64,000 nucleotides of DNA, taken from assembly GCA_973895155.1 (NCBI GenBank), contig OZ316892.1, positions 9,590,283-9,654,282 on the forward strand. The letters run 5' to 3'. This stretch comes from Marsupella aquatica (Eukaryota > Plantae > Marchantiophyta). Below are positions 23,757 to 36,833 of the stretch, one piece after another; the stretch's first letter is position 1, and the number at the start of each line of letters is the position of its first letter. Under the pieces are notes generated by a model that saw only the letters and a program-made list of their open reading frames with translations, was not told the origin of the DNA and ran no database searches. A program made the position numbers and the translations under genes.

Positions 23757-26202
23757 GTTTCTCTATTATCTGGCGGAAATTCGCAGGGCACCCTATTCTA
23801 GATGTGAACATTGGAAGGTTGCCTGGATGTCATTGGCTTCTACCCTGCATCAACAGAATTAGATTTGTTCAGCGATGGAGGACAGATCTATTGGCCTATC
23901 CAAGTCTTATGTGCGCCCCTGGCAATGTTTGTCATTGTGAGCCATCAAGCAGAAGACACAGTTGTTTACAATCCTCTCAAGTCATCTGAGGGAAAGGGAC
24001 TCAGAAGCAGGAGCTCATTCTGAAACTCAGCCGTGGTGGACTACAACGTCTGTGTGGTTAGAAATTTCCTTGACTAAGGAAAACTAGGTGGATACGTTGC
24101 TCAAGGTGCAGCAGTTGTAACCATGAGCCCGCAGTTTTCTTGTAAAGATCCTCCATGGGGCCAGAATTGGTCCGTCAATTTTCAAGCCTTGCCCATGTAT
24201 CTTGTTTTACAACGTTGTAAATGCCTTTGTGGCATAAGATTGCCATAGAACTCTGTGCAACTTGTTTTCTGAAGCCCCAGCCACATGTGTGTGCTAGGTT
24301 TCAAGGTTGCCATTTCAGCCTGTGCCACTTGGCAAGTGAACTTATCACAAAGGATTTGGAATAAAAAATCGATCAACGCTGACTTCTGGCTGCTTTATTT
24401 TTGTCGTTTCCCTACTGATCTGCTTTTTAATGGTGTTTTGCATGAGCTCAAATCTCAGCTTGAAATCGTATGAATTGTTTTGAGATGGTTGTGGAAGTTA
24501 CTGCCTGCTTGCCTCACAGTTGTATCGACAAAGGTTATATCCCTACTTGAAGAGTGAGACCTTGATCTCGAGGTCAACATTATCTTCCCGATAGACAAAG
24601 GCTAACTCCCGCACTGGCGTCCGCACAAATCTTACATAGTTCATCTGGGAGATCGGTCTCCTTCAATCTCAATAGACAGTTCCATCCAAATACCTTCCTT
24701 GTAGAAGACTGCAAAGAACGTGAAGGGACCGATGCAAAAGTCATTCCCTATCGTTGGTGGACATTGATGGCTCGGGCTTCAAAGGCTCTCGTATTTGCTT
24801 TCCAACCTTTCCATCTCAAATCCCAGCTAGCAGTCAGATGAATTGTTTGGAGATGGTTGTCAAAGTCGTTGCCTGCTTGCTTCATGGTACTGTGGACCTA
24901 TTCTATATATGGTGCCTGCTTGAAGAGTGGGACATTGATCTTGAGATCTCAACTGTATCTTGGGGATGGACAAAGGATCTTCCCTGCTTGCTTCATAGTG
25001 CCGCATATATGTGGTCCCTTAGAACTTTCATCTTGAGACCCCAACTGGCTGTCCCACACACTTTGCGTTGTCTATCTGGGGATTCGATCTCCTGTAATCT
25101 AGTAAGAGATACGGTAGTTCCATCCACACAGCTCATGCAGGAGACACCAAAATTGTATGATGTAGTGCAAGTTATCCTTTTTTCGTCGCGTGCAGCTGAT
25201 GTCACGAGGATCTAAACCGCTCAACTGTTCACAGCATTGAGTGTGACCCACATTAATTCAGGGTGCAGCTCATGTCATGACAGCTGAAACGGTGAAACCA
25301 CTAAGTCCTGCAGGGCTGCAGTCGCCAGAATTGAAACAGTTCTACTGTTCACAGCATTGAGTGTACCCCCCACATAAATTCAGGGTGCAGCTGATGTCAT
25401 GACACTTCTAAGCATGGGCGTGGTAACTGCACATCAAACTATGACATGTAAACCATATCTCTCCATACGATGATAAATCTAGTTAATTTTTTTAAATCAA
25501 TAGGTGCAACCATCTTTTACCACATCTTGATGTGTCATTACCTGCAGGTAAAACCACTACCTGTAATAGTTTCCAGGACAACTTTCTCTACTGGAGGGCA
25601 TCCACCTTTCAGTATTTTGTCTAAGATTTTTTACTATATATTTTTATTTTAATGTGCCATAACAAGGTGTATCACTCGTCTGACTAAGGTTTTAAATTAT
25701 TTTGACACCCCTCTACATGTTTTTATCTTGCTATCCTAGAGCTCTCCTTTCCCACTATGTTTAGTTTGCAATAAAGTGCATCCACCCCTTTCAGCAAATT
25801 TTAGTGAATTTCTGTCAATTCTAGTGAATGTGAGAGAGAATTGATACTTTTGGGATGTAGACACCTTCTGCTTAAAATCCTCCACATAAGATTATTTGTT
25901 AAGCTTCCAGTTGGTATTGTCATTACCTAAGGCAAGGGAGGATCTTATGTACAGTATGTGCACAAATTTTAATTGATTTGAGAATCGTTAGGCAAGTGAT
26001 AATCTGTACCTTATGGGCACAACTTTTCAAGACTTGTGCACTTGTACTTTTCCTGGTCATTTTGTGAAATGTAATTTTAGTTGGCATGTGCTATACTTTT
26101 CCCACTCAAACCTATCAAATACTATGCAATAATCAATTACATATCACTACCAGCCAGGGACCCCCTAGCTATTTTGCTTAGCAAAGACTCAAGTAGGACG
26201 CA

Positions 26203-26414
26203 ACTATTGGCTAGCCTTAACCGGCCTCCCCCCTGGGGCCCCTTTCCCCTTGGCACAGTTGCTGGTCTGGGAGGGGCAAGAATACCTAGTTTTTTGCTCC
26301 ACACTCCCCTCACAAAAACCCAACATTTTTTGCTCTCATTTTTATCCAGGACAATGTAGCTGGGAAGGGGGGCTGAGGGGGGTACGGTGGTGGCAGGTTA
26401 AGGCTAGTCAATAG
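26203..26414. mobile_element. Possible MITE (~210 bp)
   Basis: ctattggctagccttaacc at the left and ggttaaggctagtcaatag at the right are near-perfect inverted repeats. No clear TSD. Confidence 0.45.
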
Positions 26415-26589
26415 CGACTTGCTGCATGGCAACAAGAACCCTTATGCAAGTTAATATTGACCCAAATATGAAATAGGTGGGTTGTAATTGATATTGTATG
26501 GGACACATTAGTAATAATTATGGGGTAGTTGGGGGATAGGTTAATAAAAAGTTGTTTTCTTAACACACACGACTACATCTAAAATAACA

Positions 26590-26842
26590 TTCAGTTTTTA
26601 AATACATTGCCATTAAAGATGTCTGAATTTACAATGGTGTCACTATTTTTATTTTTATTTACAAAAATGTCACGGTTTTTGTATACAGTTCTCCTGGTTA
26701 CTTTGTTAAACTTGTCATCCATATACAAAATTATGACATTTTTATAAGTATAGAAAAAATAGTGATTTTATAAATATAGAAGAAATACTGATGGTATTGT
26801 AAATTAGAAAATCTTTAATGACGAAGTAATTAAAAAATGAAG
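26590..26842. repeat. AT-rich fold-back (imperfect palindrome, ~250 bp), MITE-like
   Basis: Left arm (ttcagtttttaaatacattgccattaaagat...tttacaaaaatgtcac...ttttgtata) pairs with right arm (tatacaaaattatgacattttt...atctttaatgacgaagtaattaaaaaatgaa). Confidence 0.65.
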
Positions 26843-27774
26843 TAACATTATGCTCTTCCCTCAGGTACTGTGCAATGGGAGAATGCGCGACTGTGCAAAA
26901 CTGCAGTCCACAAAATAATGAACTACAGTACAGTCCTCAGTCCATCTTTGAACACGAGCGATTTCGCGCTGAAATCCTCGTTTGATGAAATCCCGCGCTC
27001 GCACATTTTGGGAACATACCAAAGTCCGATTCACAGAATTCGCTCAAGGAAAGGTTCTTTCTCGATTGACACGGCGGCGCACAGAAATGGGATAAATGGA
27101 GAGCTTCCGCACTGCGCATCACCTCCATCGCAAGAGCTGTGCATAACGCTCAACTTGAAACTTGACCCAGTTTGTTTTCCGCTCACTTCCTCCTCAATTT
27201 CAAAGCCACATTCGAGTCAGGGCGGGCGAAATCAATTCGGCCGGGTGTGGCCTAGATTGAAATGTTGTTAGTGTTGCTCTTCTCTTCGCCAGTTCAGAAA
27301 GATTTCATTCGATCGACAGCAGAAAGATTTCAAGATTGAGACGCCTGTGGAAGAATTGGGACATGTAGGAGGGCAATGGCTTGTGGGATTGAGGTGTTTG
27401 GAGAAACTGTAAATGGTGAGCCTTTAGGGCAGTGGCGTCACGTCAAGAGTCTTCTGCATTGGTGTGGAGTGAGCAGCTCAGTTCCGAATTCTGATTAGTA
27501 CTGTACTGTGCAGGACGTCGCAGACTATGAGATTGAGGGGCGGTGGATTGCAGAGGCTGTTTTATCGACGGGAGCGGGAGTACCTTTCAATGTAGGGGCA
27601 GGGAGTTGGAAACCTGCGAAGCAAAACAATAAATGAGATTTAGGGGGAAAACTTGGATAGGTGAAATCCGACGACCGTTGGGGAAGTACCTTCCAATGTA
27701 GGAAAGGGGTTGGAAACCAGCGCAGCAACAAGAGATGAGATTTTGAGGTGGAAGAAGTGGCAGAGGTGAATCCG

Positions 27775-29564
27775 ATGGCGTCGACCGCAGGATCGGCTCC
27801 CATAGCGACAGGATGTTACAAATGTGGTAGAACGGGTCATTGGGGAAAGGATTGTCCCTTGAAACCAGGTGGGACACCAGCCAGTGGGGGTGGGGGTGCG
27901 GGTGGAGCATCAGGTGGATTGAGTGGGGCATCCGGTGGAAGGTTTTCCAATTCAGGCAGATTTAATGGAGAAAATTCGTGGAAAGGGAATTCTTTTCAGG
28001 GTAACGCCAGTCAGGGGAACAAGAGTGTACCGAAGGAGCCTGTAAAAAAGGACCCCAGGAAGAGGCCAAAGTTGACAGCTGACTTGTTGCTTTCGGAAAA
28101 GGGATTGGGATATGTGCTCGAGAAGATGCCCGAGATGGTCACCATCAAAGCTCGTGAGGTGAGCGAGAAGCTCTTGACTCATAGTTTTCGAGGTGCCAGG
28201 ACTGATAACTGAAGAACTTACCTCTCCTGTGCAGAAATTTAATAGACGTGGAGTTGGGATCCTCACCATCTCCCCTGTTTTTTCGTGTGTCAATAATCTG
28301 TCATCTTAATGACATGGCAGGAGACAGTGGTCCGAGACTTGAAGAGTTTGCTTGAGGGCTACATGCACTGGCATTCCCTTCTGCTGCCGTATTTCAGTTT
28401 CGACCAGTTTGTGGAGAAGCTGGAGAGTGTGGGAGCCACTAAACGTGTGCGAGTAAGTGCGCAAACATCTGTTCGGACACTTCATCCAAGTTGTCTTGCC
28501 TATGGATACAATAATTAAGAGTCTAGATTGTAACAGTTCTCGATGATAATTTCGAAATAATTTGGTTATGTAGTTACAGTACGTAGTAGTTCTATCTGAT
28601 GAGCTCCTGGGGATGAAATCATTGCATTGAAGGTTTTTCAGCTTAGTGTTCCATTGTGTTTCATGTGCTCAGGTCTGCCACCGGGAGCTGCGAGATAAGA
28701 TTGTTTATGGTCAAGGATCGACAGGCGATAAGGACGTAGAAGTTGAAGCCAATGAAGGATCTTCTCCACGAGATACCCTTCCGAAGGACACCCCAGGTTG
28801 AGCTTTAGAATAATAGAATTGCCAAAGTTTTTCTACTTGCTGTTTTTCTCCATGAAGGTTTTGGTAGACTTTTTCAGGCAGCGAATTGCTGAGATATATT
28901 CCCCTCAACCAAATCCAGAAGCGCATCGAGCAAAGTAATTTCCCCAGAGTTCAATTTTTCATAGACTGTTTTGTTGTGGTCTATGTCTTTCCATTTTTGG
29001 TTTAAAGAACTTTACCAATATGAATTCGCTGTCTTTTGCAGCCGGTCCTGGGAGTGAGGTGTCCCACGGCCCTGCTGATGACATCTTCACAAATGAGGAG
29101 CCCGACTTGCCAGTGAATGAGGAAGATTTTGAAGACTTTTTCAGGCAGGGTACTGTTGAGGTAATTTCCGCTCAACCAAAACCCAGAACCACCTAGAGCA
29201 AAGAAATTTTCCCACAATGCTTCATTTTCATTGACTCCCTCCTTTCCTACGAAGTCAGTGACTCCATGTGCTGCACTTGCTGTCCACGCTTACTGAATCA
29301 TCTGGTCCCCATGCCGGTTCTCATTGGCAGACATCGGACTCTCATCCGTCCTCGACAATGGGAGGTGGTAGCGCTGCACCCGAACCCCAAAGCAATGGAT
29401 CCCCCGTGAGGAAGTTTCCCTCTTTGGACGATGAGGGTTCAACTATACCGTCAGAGGCCGCCACCAGCATCACCATCAGCGAATCAGCAGCAGTTCGAAT
29501 GGAGGCAAATCGTCTGCAAGCACTAGAGCGTGCCAGAGCTCGTCAGGCTAACGTTCACCTATAG
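27775..29564 (+). CDS. Zinc-knuckle (CCHC) Swi3/TIPIN/Csm3 replication fork protection protein
   Basis: Exons 27775-28158, 28321-28452, 28673-28796, 29042-29160, 29331-29564. CYKCGRTGHWGKDC knuckle. Swi3 domain KRPKLTADLLLSEKGLGYV...DLKSLLEGYMHWHSLLLPYFSFDQFVEKLE. Terminal RMEANRLQALERA motif. Confidence 0.9.
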
Positions 29565-32500
29565 GGGCGGCTCAGAACACTGATTCAGAACGTGTTTTCA
29601 TTTCTGCTGCTTTCTAGTGTGCCTATGCACGTCGTTTGCATTTGCTTAGCCTTCCAGGTCTCATCAGTCAGCATCTTGTAAGCAGAGATGAGAATCAAGC
29701 TGAAACGACTTATTGATTTTTCCTATGTGAGGCCCTCATCCGGATACCAAACTCAACTGGTGGAAATCTGTTTTTTAACTCCAACATCAACATGAGAGCC
29801 ACAATTGCCAAGGCATGTTGTGTGAACTCGTCATGTGTCTGATCTACAATTTATGCAGATCCATGCATGTCTGGGACTCGCTTCCATTTCGGTAGACTGT
29901 CGAGACTTGGTAGACTTGTGAATTCTGTCCCACTGCGTTCCGACTCTCTTTCTTTGAACGATGTGATTTGCTTGACATTTTCTTGAGGCAAAATTTTCCA
30001 AATACATGTTGAGGATTGTCAGGTTGCCACCACTCACAGAAGAGTTAATGTAGACTTAAAAAAACAAGCTCTCGTGGTATAACTGTGCACCAGGAATAGT
30101 CAACTGGAACGGTAGTATACACAAAAGACATGACTGCAGAGTGGTAGTATGGAAAGCAATATACTTCAACCATCCACAATGTTACATTAATAGAAAAACA
30201 TTGTAGTTCATAAGCAATTAAGTCATCAAGTGACCTGTAGAGAGCCACACTGGTACAGCTTGGGATGCCACAGTAGAACAGTTAAGGCTGCGCTAAAGTT
30301 TAGAACAGTGTTTACCTCTTGACTTCTCCATGCGATTTCCGTTTTTCTCGTATACCAGTTGAATCACAGGAAGTTTCTAGGAAATACTCTTGGAAGATAA
30401 GAGTAGACACGACAGGCCCAGTGTGGATGAGTGAGTGATGAGTCAAGATCCTGTACTGTAATTGAAGTCGCCTGGTTTGCACCGCTCTTCCTGAACTCAT
30501 CAAAGCCACATGCAATTGTGCGTACCCGGTTATAGTGGAACAACGGTGAGTTTTGTCGAGCTCGACTTTGCTTGTCGTGCAGCCGAGTTCTCAGGGCACT
30601 GTTACGGACTTGGCCCGTCCCACGGGTCTACTGGTAACCTCAGAGTCACTGTATCTACAGCTTCGTGAAAGTGCGGACCTCATGACACCCGAGATCGGAG
30701 CTGTTTTGGCGCTTGTGGGTCGGTGAAGGGTTGTGCTGACAGAACTTAGATCCCGTGTTAGTGTATAGTTTCTGTCTGTTTTCCGTTCTGTTAGCATGGT
30801 GGACCTCAAATGAAATCCGATTGGAATTTTTCCCTCCGAACAAAGCACTTTTGTAACGAACGGGTTTAGGGACGAAAGAGGCAAGGTATAAAGTGAAGAG
30901 AGCGTGGAATCCTTCTTTTCGCCGTGGACTGGGCTTATAGATACACAGATATAGTATTATCGCCAAGCAGAGAAAGAAATTGTCTACTCGGGTAGCCATG
31001 CGAGAGAGTGGAAAAGTAATTTATGGCATGCAGATATTCTCACCACTCGCCTCGTCGGAGGAGAAATTCATGCATGAGCCGCCGTGTCTTCCGTTACAAG
31101 ACACAAGAAGCTGCTTCATGACATTTGTCTTGACGGAGTGATACTCGAGGCGTGAAGGTACTTTTGGATTGAGAATCGGCCGAGATCGCCAGTTCAAAGA
31201 CAAGTGCCAAAACAGTTTGCATGAACCAGATAAGGGCCAGGCCCAACAGTGGACCAGGATGGCTGACAAAAGAATATCACCTCCTTGGAGACTCTTGTGA
31301 ATGACCAATTCGAGAGAGACCGTTTTCTTCAATGGTTAGGTCAACTGCAATTGATATTCAGTTCTCTATGGTCCATACCCTCTCCTTCTGTTACAACACA
31401 TTCCACGACAAAGCCGAGTGCCCCGCTTGTACAGATCCATTGAACAGAATTGCATTGGCTGGTGCCCGAGAAGGTCGAACAAGATCGAATGATTTGAGAA
31501 TTGAGATTAATCCCGTGTGGGGAGGGATGTCGGCGCTGCTCGAAGTGTTGCTATGGTATTGGGCAGTCTCGGTGTGCTTTACTGCTACAGGGGAAACTAA
31601 AAAGAGTGTCCCGGGATTGCAAAGAAGGTCGTGGCAGTATGACATTGCAGACCATTTCGACCAGAGATCGTCGCGGATTTCTCAAGAATTCAATACAGGT
31701 TGGCCAGTCGTCTACGGGAGTGAGGGGAATGACAGTGGAGGGTGAGATAGCAAAACCAAAAACACTGAAAGTGAAACAATTGAAAGAGATGGACGAGATG
31801 GGTTGTTCAGAGCTCAGAGCCTTGGTGTCTCCATATGTCTCGTCGGTCAGGTTGGGGAAGCAGAGCTCTAGTGGGGCCAACAATCAATCTTCAACGATTC
31901 CACGCAATGTAGCCGCGATGACTCCCATCCAGATCCACACAGTAATCAGGTTGGACTGTACAGGAAACCCAAACCTTTGTACGCAATTTTATCATCGACT
32001 AAAACAAATGCGGAATGACATCCCCATAAAAATGGAAGAGGTCAGGGAACCTGTCCAATGGAGCATAACATAAACCTCGAAAGAACTAAAGAATACGGCA
32101 CACATTGAACAAAATTTCTCGGGGTAAAAGCTCTCGAATCTTGTGCTGACGATGCAGATCATGTTGTACGACGGGCTTCGACATTCTGTTACCAACTCTG
32201 GAGTCTCGGAATAGGGGAGGACTGAGGACAACAGGAGCATCACCATGGATAACAAATCTCGTGAACTTTCCGGTGATCTGCTCCAAAAGTCTATGATGCT
32301 GCTAGAGGAGCAGAGCTGGAGCTAAAGGTGATTCTCTGGACTGTGGATATCGTGCTTTCGATGGAAAGCATTGGAGAGCTCAATCCTTCGACAATGAGTA
32401 GAACTTTGCAAGTACGTCGTACCGTACCTCAAAGTTCAACCTCGACTCTAAATTCCTGCACAATTAGTACTGCAAAGTTCATTCTCCACTCTAATTTTGT

Positions 32501-33701
32501 GCACAGTAGAGCTATACATAGAGTGGATGAAACCAGATGAGTTGTGGAACCATTTTAAGAGGTACCTGCTATTCTCCTAATCTCCTAATCTCCTAATCTC
32601 TTGTCCCAAAGAACCTTTTCTCAGACAATAATGACACACTATAATGGAGGTCAGGGCAGGGGTTCCTGTTCCAAGAAAACTCTAAAAAAAGTTTCCTGCT
32701 ACCATTGATCAGGTTTTCCTCACTTGTTGGTAATAGGTGCTCTAAGAAAGCTCAGAAAGGCTTCCCAGTTGCAGCCTGTCAAGTTTTCCTCGAGGGCTGC
32801 AAGCTAGTAAACCCAGACCAGACCGCCATTAAGCTATACATTTCTATCCTGGATCTCTAATTTCCTGCACAATAGAGTTATACATAGAGTGGCTGACACC
32901 AGATGAGTGGTCAACATTTTTAGTCTAGTACAGGGTGGCTCACTGCTTGACTTTAGATTCTAAACCCTTTGTATGTAGCTGGCCCTAAGCAATTTAGCTC
33001 TTCAAACTCCCTCAATTTCTGGGATAAAGCCTCGAGTGCAGGAACACGGGATCGTCCAGTCTTTGGGATCATCCAGTCTTTGTTTTAAGGTCGGGAGGGA
33101 ACATGGGACCATCTTGTCTTCATTTTGAAAAGGTCAGGACTTACATTTGCCAAGCTTGTCCTTGGTTTTCCACTTACAAGCATTGTCCTTGAAACAAAAT
33201 TTAGTGGATCCAGGTTATCATAATTAGTAAAAAATGTTCTTAGGAAAGTGAAAATTTTGCCCTCCCCAACCTGGTGGACACTAGTACTTTAAGAAACTGT
33301 TGAGCCTTGCAGAAAAAGGTGTTTTCAGGCACTAAATCTCCTTCAGTAATATGCTGCCTAAGAATCAAGTTAGGCCTCAAATTGAAGGGCTGCATACTCT
33401 TTTGCTTAGAAAACAGAGGTGTCAATCAAGCCCGTTTGCTTATCATCTAACATTTTATCGTACCAAATGTGTGTCTAGGCTAATCCAGAATTTTGCCATT
33501 GCCTAGCAGAAAAGAACAAGCTGCTAGAGAATCAGTTTACTAGGGCTGCAAATTAGAAGGTGGCATACATGCAAAACAACTCTCTTAAGTAGTATGCTGC
33601 CAGAAAATCAACTTAGGGCTGCAAATTGAAGGGCAAGACACTCAAGTTCTTCCTCAGGTAGGAAAATAATTGTGCAAACCTGATAAGCCCGGTAGTCACC
33701 G

Positions 33702-33899
33702 CTTTGCTTCTCCCTTGACAACATAAGAAAAACAAATTCAAGGGAAAACCACTTTGCTTCTTCCTTGACAAAATAAGGAAAACATATTCGAGGGAAAACC
33801 ACTTTGCTTCTCCCTTGACAAAATAAGAAAAAGAAATTCAAGGGGGGGAAACCACTTTACTGCTCCCTTGACAAAGAAAAACAAATTCAAGGGAAAACA
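33702..33899. repeat. Tandem array of 4 x ~50-bp units, each with an internal inverted repeat
   Basis: Units at 33702, 33752, 33802, ~33855: ctttgcttcTCCCTTGAcaa..aagaaaaacaaatTCAAGGGAaaacca. Confidence 0.85.
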
Positions 33900-35175
33900 T
33901 AATACGAAAACTTTTGATAACCCCGAGACAGGGCCCCAGTACAAAAAGATCCACTGCAAGTGATGTTTCTCGGTTTGACTAAATGCATTTCCAGGACAAA
34001 AATAATAATAAAAGAAGGATCCCGTCGCCAGAATCTCCACCCTGACCGAGAGTGGCTAACTCGACCCGATATACCTGCCCGGATATAATAAGCGCACAAG
34101 ATGCTTTCCCAAAGCCATCCCAGGCCGTAGATCGAAATGGCTTCATGATCTGGGTGGGGCAGGGCCCGGGGCAGAACATGCTGTTATCCTGCCCGGTGCC
34201 CACCATACGTGCATTATTAGTGACATGGAAGTTGCCAATCAGAAATTCAAAGTTCTGCCACGTAGTACTCTGACTGTGAGCATGAGATTGGGTCAGTGGG
34301 CCATAATTATAACACGATACAGTCAATGCAAAAGTCGGTATATTCAACAATATTTGGCAATTTAAAAAACAATAAATATATATGTATATTGTAATACCCT
34401 GGAACCAAGCATTATGGCCATGCCTCTCTGGAAAATAGTACTTTAGCTCTAGTTTTGAGGGCCTACTTTGGAAGAATTTGCTTGATGGATTCTCATAAAG
34501 GAATTGTTATTTGATGAGACTCTTGAGATTTTGGATCCCTTGATTTAAGGTCTATCAATGGTCTAGATCACTGAAGGATCTCATCAAGTAACAATTTTCA
34601 TTTTGGGTGTCCATCAAGCATATGCCTTCCTCTTATTGTCCATAATGGACTAACTTACATCGAAAGGCCTCAAAGATTTTATTTTTTCACTGTTTTGTGT
34701 CAAAAGATAAAGGAGATGTTTCACAATGTCTCGATCCAAATTTGGAGTGTGCACTGTTCTCTGCAAAGAACCAAACAGTACAAAGAGAAAATCCAAAAGG
34801 GCACTAAGGTTGGAACTTGAAGCCCAATTGTACATATTGCAAAGGACTGGTGCAATTAGTCTAATATAAGTATATGTCTACCACCAGTGCTATGTTGACC
34901 AAACCCAATAAGGTTCAACAAAAAAGACAACCCCAATGGGCTACTCTAACACTTCATTTCTGACCTTAGTGGGTTTTTTGTTACTGGATCTATATATGAA
35001 CTGTTGTATAGAACATTGTCTGAATTCCTGGGTTCTCCAAGACACAATGATTAGCATCTAAGGGTGTATCTGTCAGGAAATACTAAAAAACTCTGTTTCT
35101 ATTGGGCTTGCTTTTTGACATATTATCTTTGCTATATACAACAACCTAAAAAACGACAACCTTTTATGTATATGC

Positions 35176-35292
35176 TTATGGTCCCTCAGTGCCCCTTAAT
35201 GGGGTATTGGGGTCGACCATATGCCGACCCGCGGGAGCAGGGAGGTGTACGGGAGACCCCATACCCCATTAAGGGGCACAAAGGGACCCTAA
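35176..35292. repeat. 117-bp hairpin element (~38-bp stem) flanked by the 6-bp direct repeat ATATGC
   Basis: ttatggtccctcagtgccccttaatggggtattggggtc pairs with gaccccataccccattaaggggcacaaagggaccctaa. ATATGC at 35170-35175 and 35293-35298. Confidence 0.9.
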
Positions 35293-36119
35293 ATATGCGT
35301 TAAGGGTCGTACGGAGAAATATAAACGGCCCAGATTGAAAGGCGCGCATCCTACAGCCTGTGTGTCCGCCACCGTTCCCGTCTCTACATGCCATCTCGGC
35401 CCTCCATTCAAATTGAAGGGCCCAGATGAATTTGAGAGTGTACCTTCAGCTTACCACCCTGCGCGGCTGTCGGCTCTGCTCTTCCCGCGGAGAATCTGGG
35501 CCCTCCATGCAGGATCACACTCCTCCAAGAAAATCATGGCCCTCCATTCTGACGTCAGTCTCTAGGTGCATCTTGGCCCTCCATAGAGGGTTTCTCTTCC
35601 CGCGGCCAATCTTCACCCTCCATTCAAGGTCCTCAACCCGCGGCCAATCTCAGCCCTCTATTCAAAACTAAACGGTTTCAAATGACATCCAACGGTGCAA
35701 AGTGTTAGGGTTTAGGGCGTTGGTGGATCGTCATCCAACGGTCAACCCAGAATGGACGGCCCAGATTTCAGTGGACCAGTCGGTGATTCTGGGGCGGGCA
35801 TTACTTAGTCTGCAAAGAGTGATTCAGCATCTCACTTTTTGGAGATGTCGTCAGGCTGCAAGTTTGTCTCCGCAGCGTTGGGTGTGCGCTTGTGAAGCTG
35901 CGAGGGACTGGGTGCGGGCCGGGGTGTGCGCTTTGGCAATCTACTGCGGGCGAATGGGTGCGGGCTGCCGGTTGGAGTTTGTCAGCTTGCGCGAATGCGA
36001 GTGGATGAACTGGTTTTTACTGTTCATTGGGAGTGCGATCTCAGCTTCGAAGTTGTCTGGTTTTTCTGTCGACTACATTTGGATGTATACTGCGCTATTA
36101 TATTTGAATGTCTTTTGAT

Positions 36120-36240
36120 AGCTTCTGTTGAATCAGTTGAATGCCCGGTTGAATGCCGCATTATGCAGAATCAGTCAAATGTTGTTTTATGTAGAATCAG
36201 TCGAATGCCGCTTTATGCAGAATCAGTCGAATGCTCAATG
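36120..36240. repeat. Short degenerate tandem repeats (gaatcagtcgaatgc)
   Basis: Four to five copies of gaatcagt(c/t)(g/a)aatg. Confidence 0.7.
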
Positions 36241-36833
36241 CTTATGCTTATGGTCGTGATTCACTCTATCACAGTTCAGGCTTAAGAACTGATTTGGTTG
36301 TTGGTATTTTTCATGTTCAGGATTTTAATTCTCCCTCGAGCCTCCTTCTCGAGATTTCATTGTAAGTTGAGGTAATTTTGGTTTGCGTAGCTACGAACGC
36401 CAGCGGTTATTGTAGGAGAACAAGAGGCTCGATGTGCGACTGATCATTATTCTGAACGTCTCCCGCTCAAATATCTGTAGAATGCTCGTTGAAGCCATAA
36501 TCGATCGAAGGCTCAGACATGCCAGGTTTACCCGAAGTACTAACATACTTCTTAGCTTCCTGCAGTTTTCTGTGTATTGACGTTGCGGTTGAAGGCTCAT
36601 CAAAATGTCGCCAAAACTATCCCGAGGTTTGTTGCCCATTTTCTTGCATTTGTTGTTGTTTTCACTCGTGGTAAGCCGCTTCTTTGTCGCCATTTGTCTC
36701 CATAAGATCGTCTTCTGCCACTAAGCTGTACAGCCGGTCAAGGCTTCGTTTCGGCTCACTGAACGATTTTCTTACGTTGAAACCAGACTTGGACAAGGAT
36801 CAAGGACCATCATTCAGTCTCGGAATCTCGGTA

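Noticed and set aside
33702-33899. CRISPR-like array of palindromic repeats
   Set aside because: Whole units are repeated with no unique spacers, there are no cas genes, and the context is eukaryotic.
36391-36693. 100-aa minus-strand ORF divergent from the recombinase (possible accessory gene)
   Set aside because: No recognisable domain or independent support; cannot be distinguished from a chance ORF without copy comparisons.
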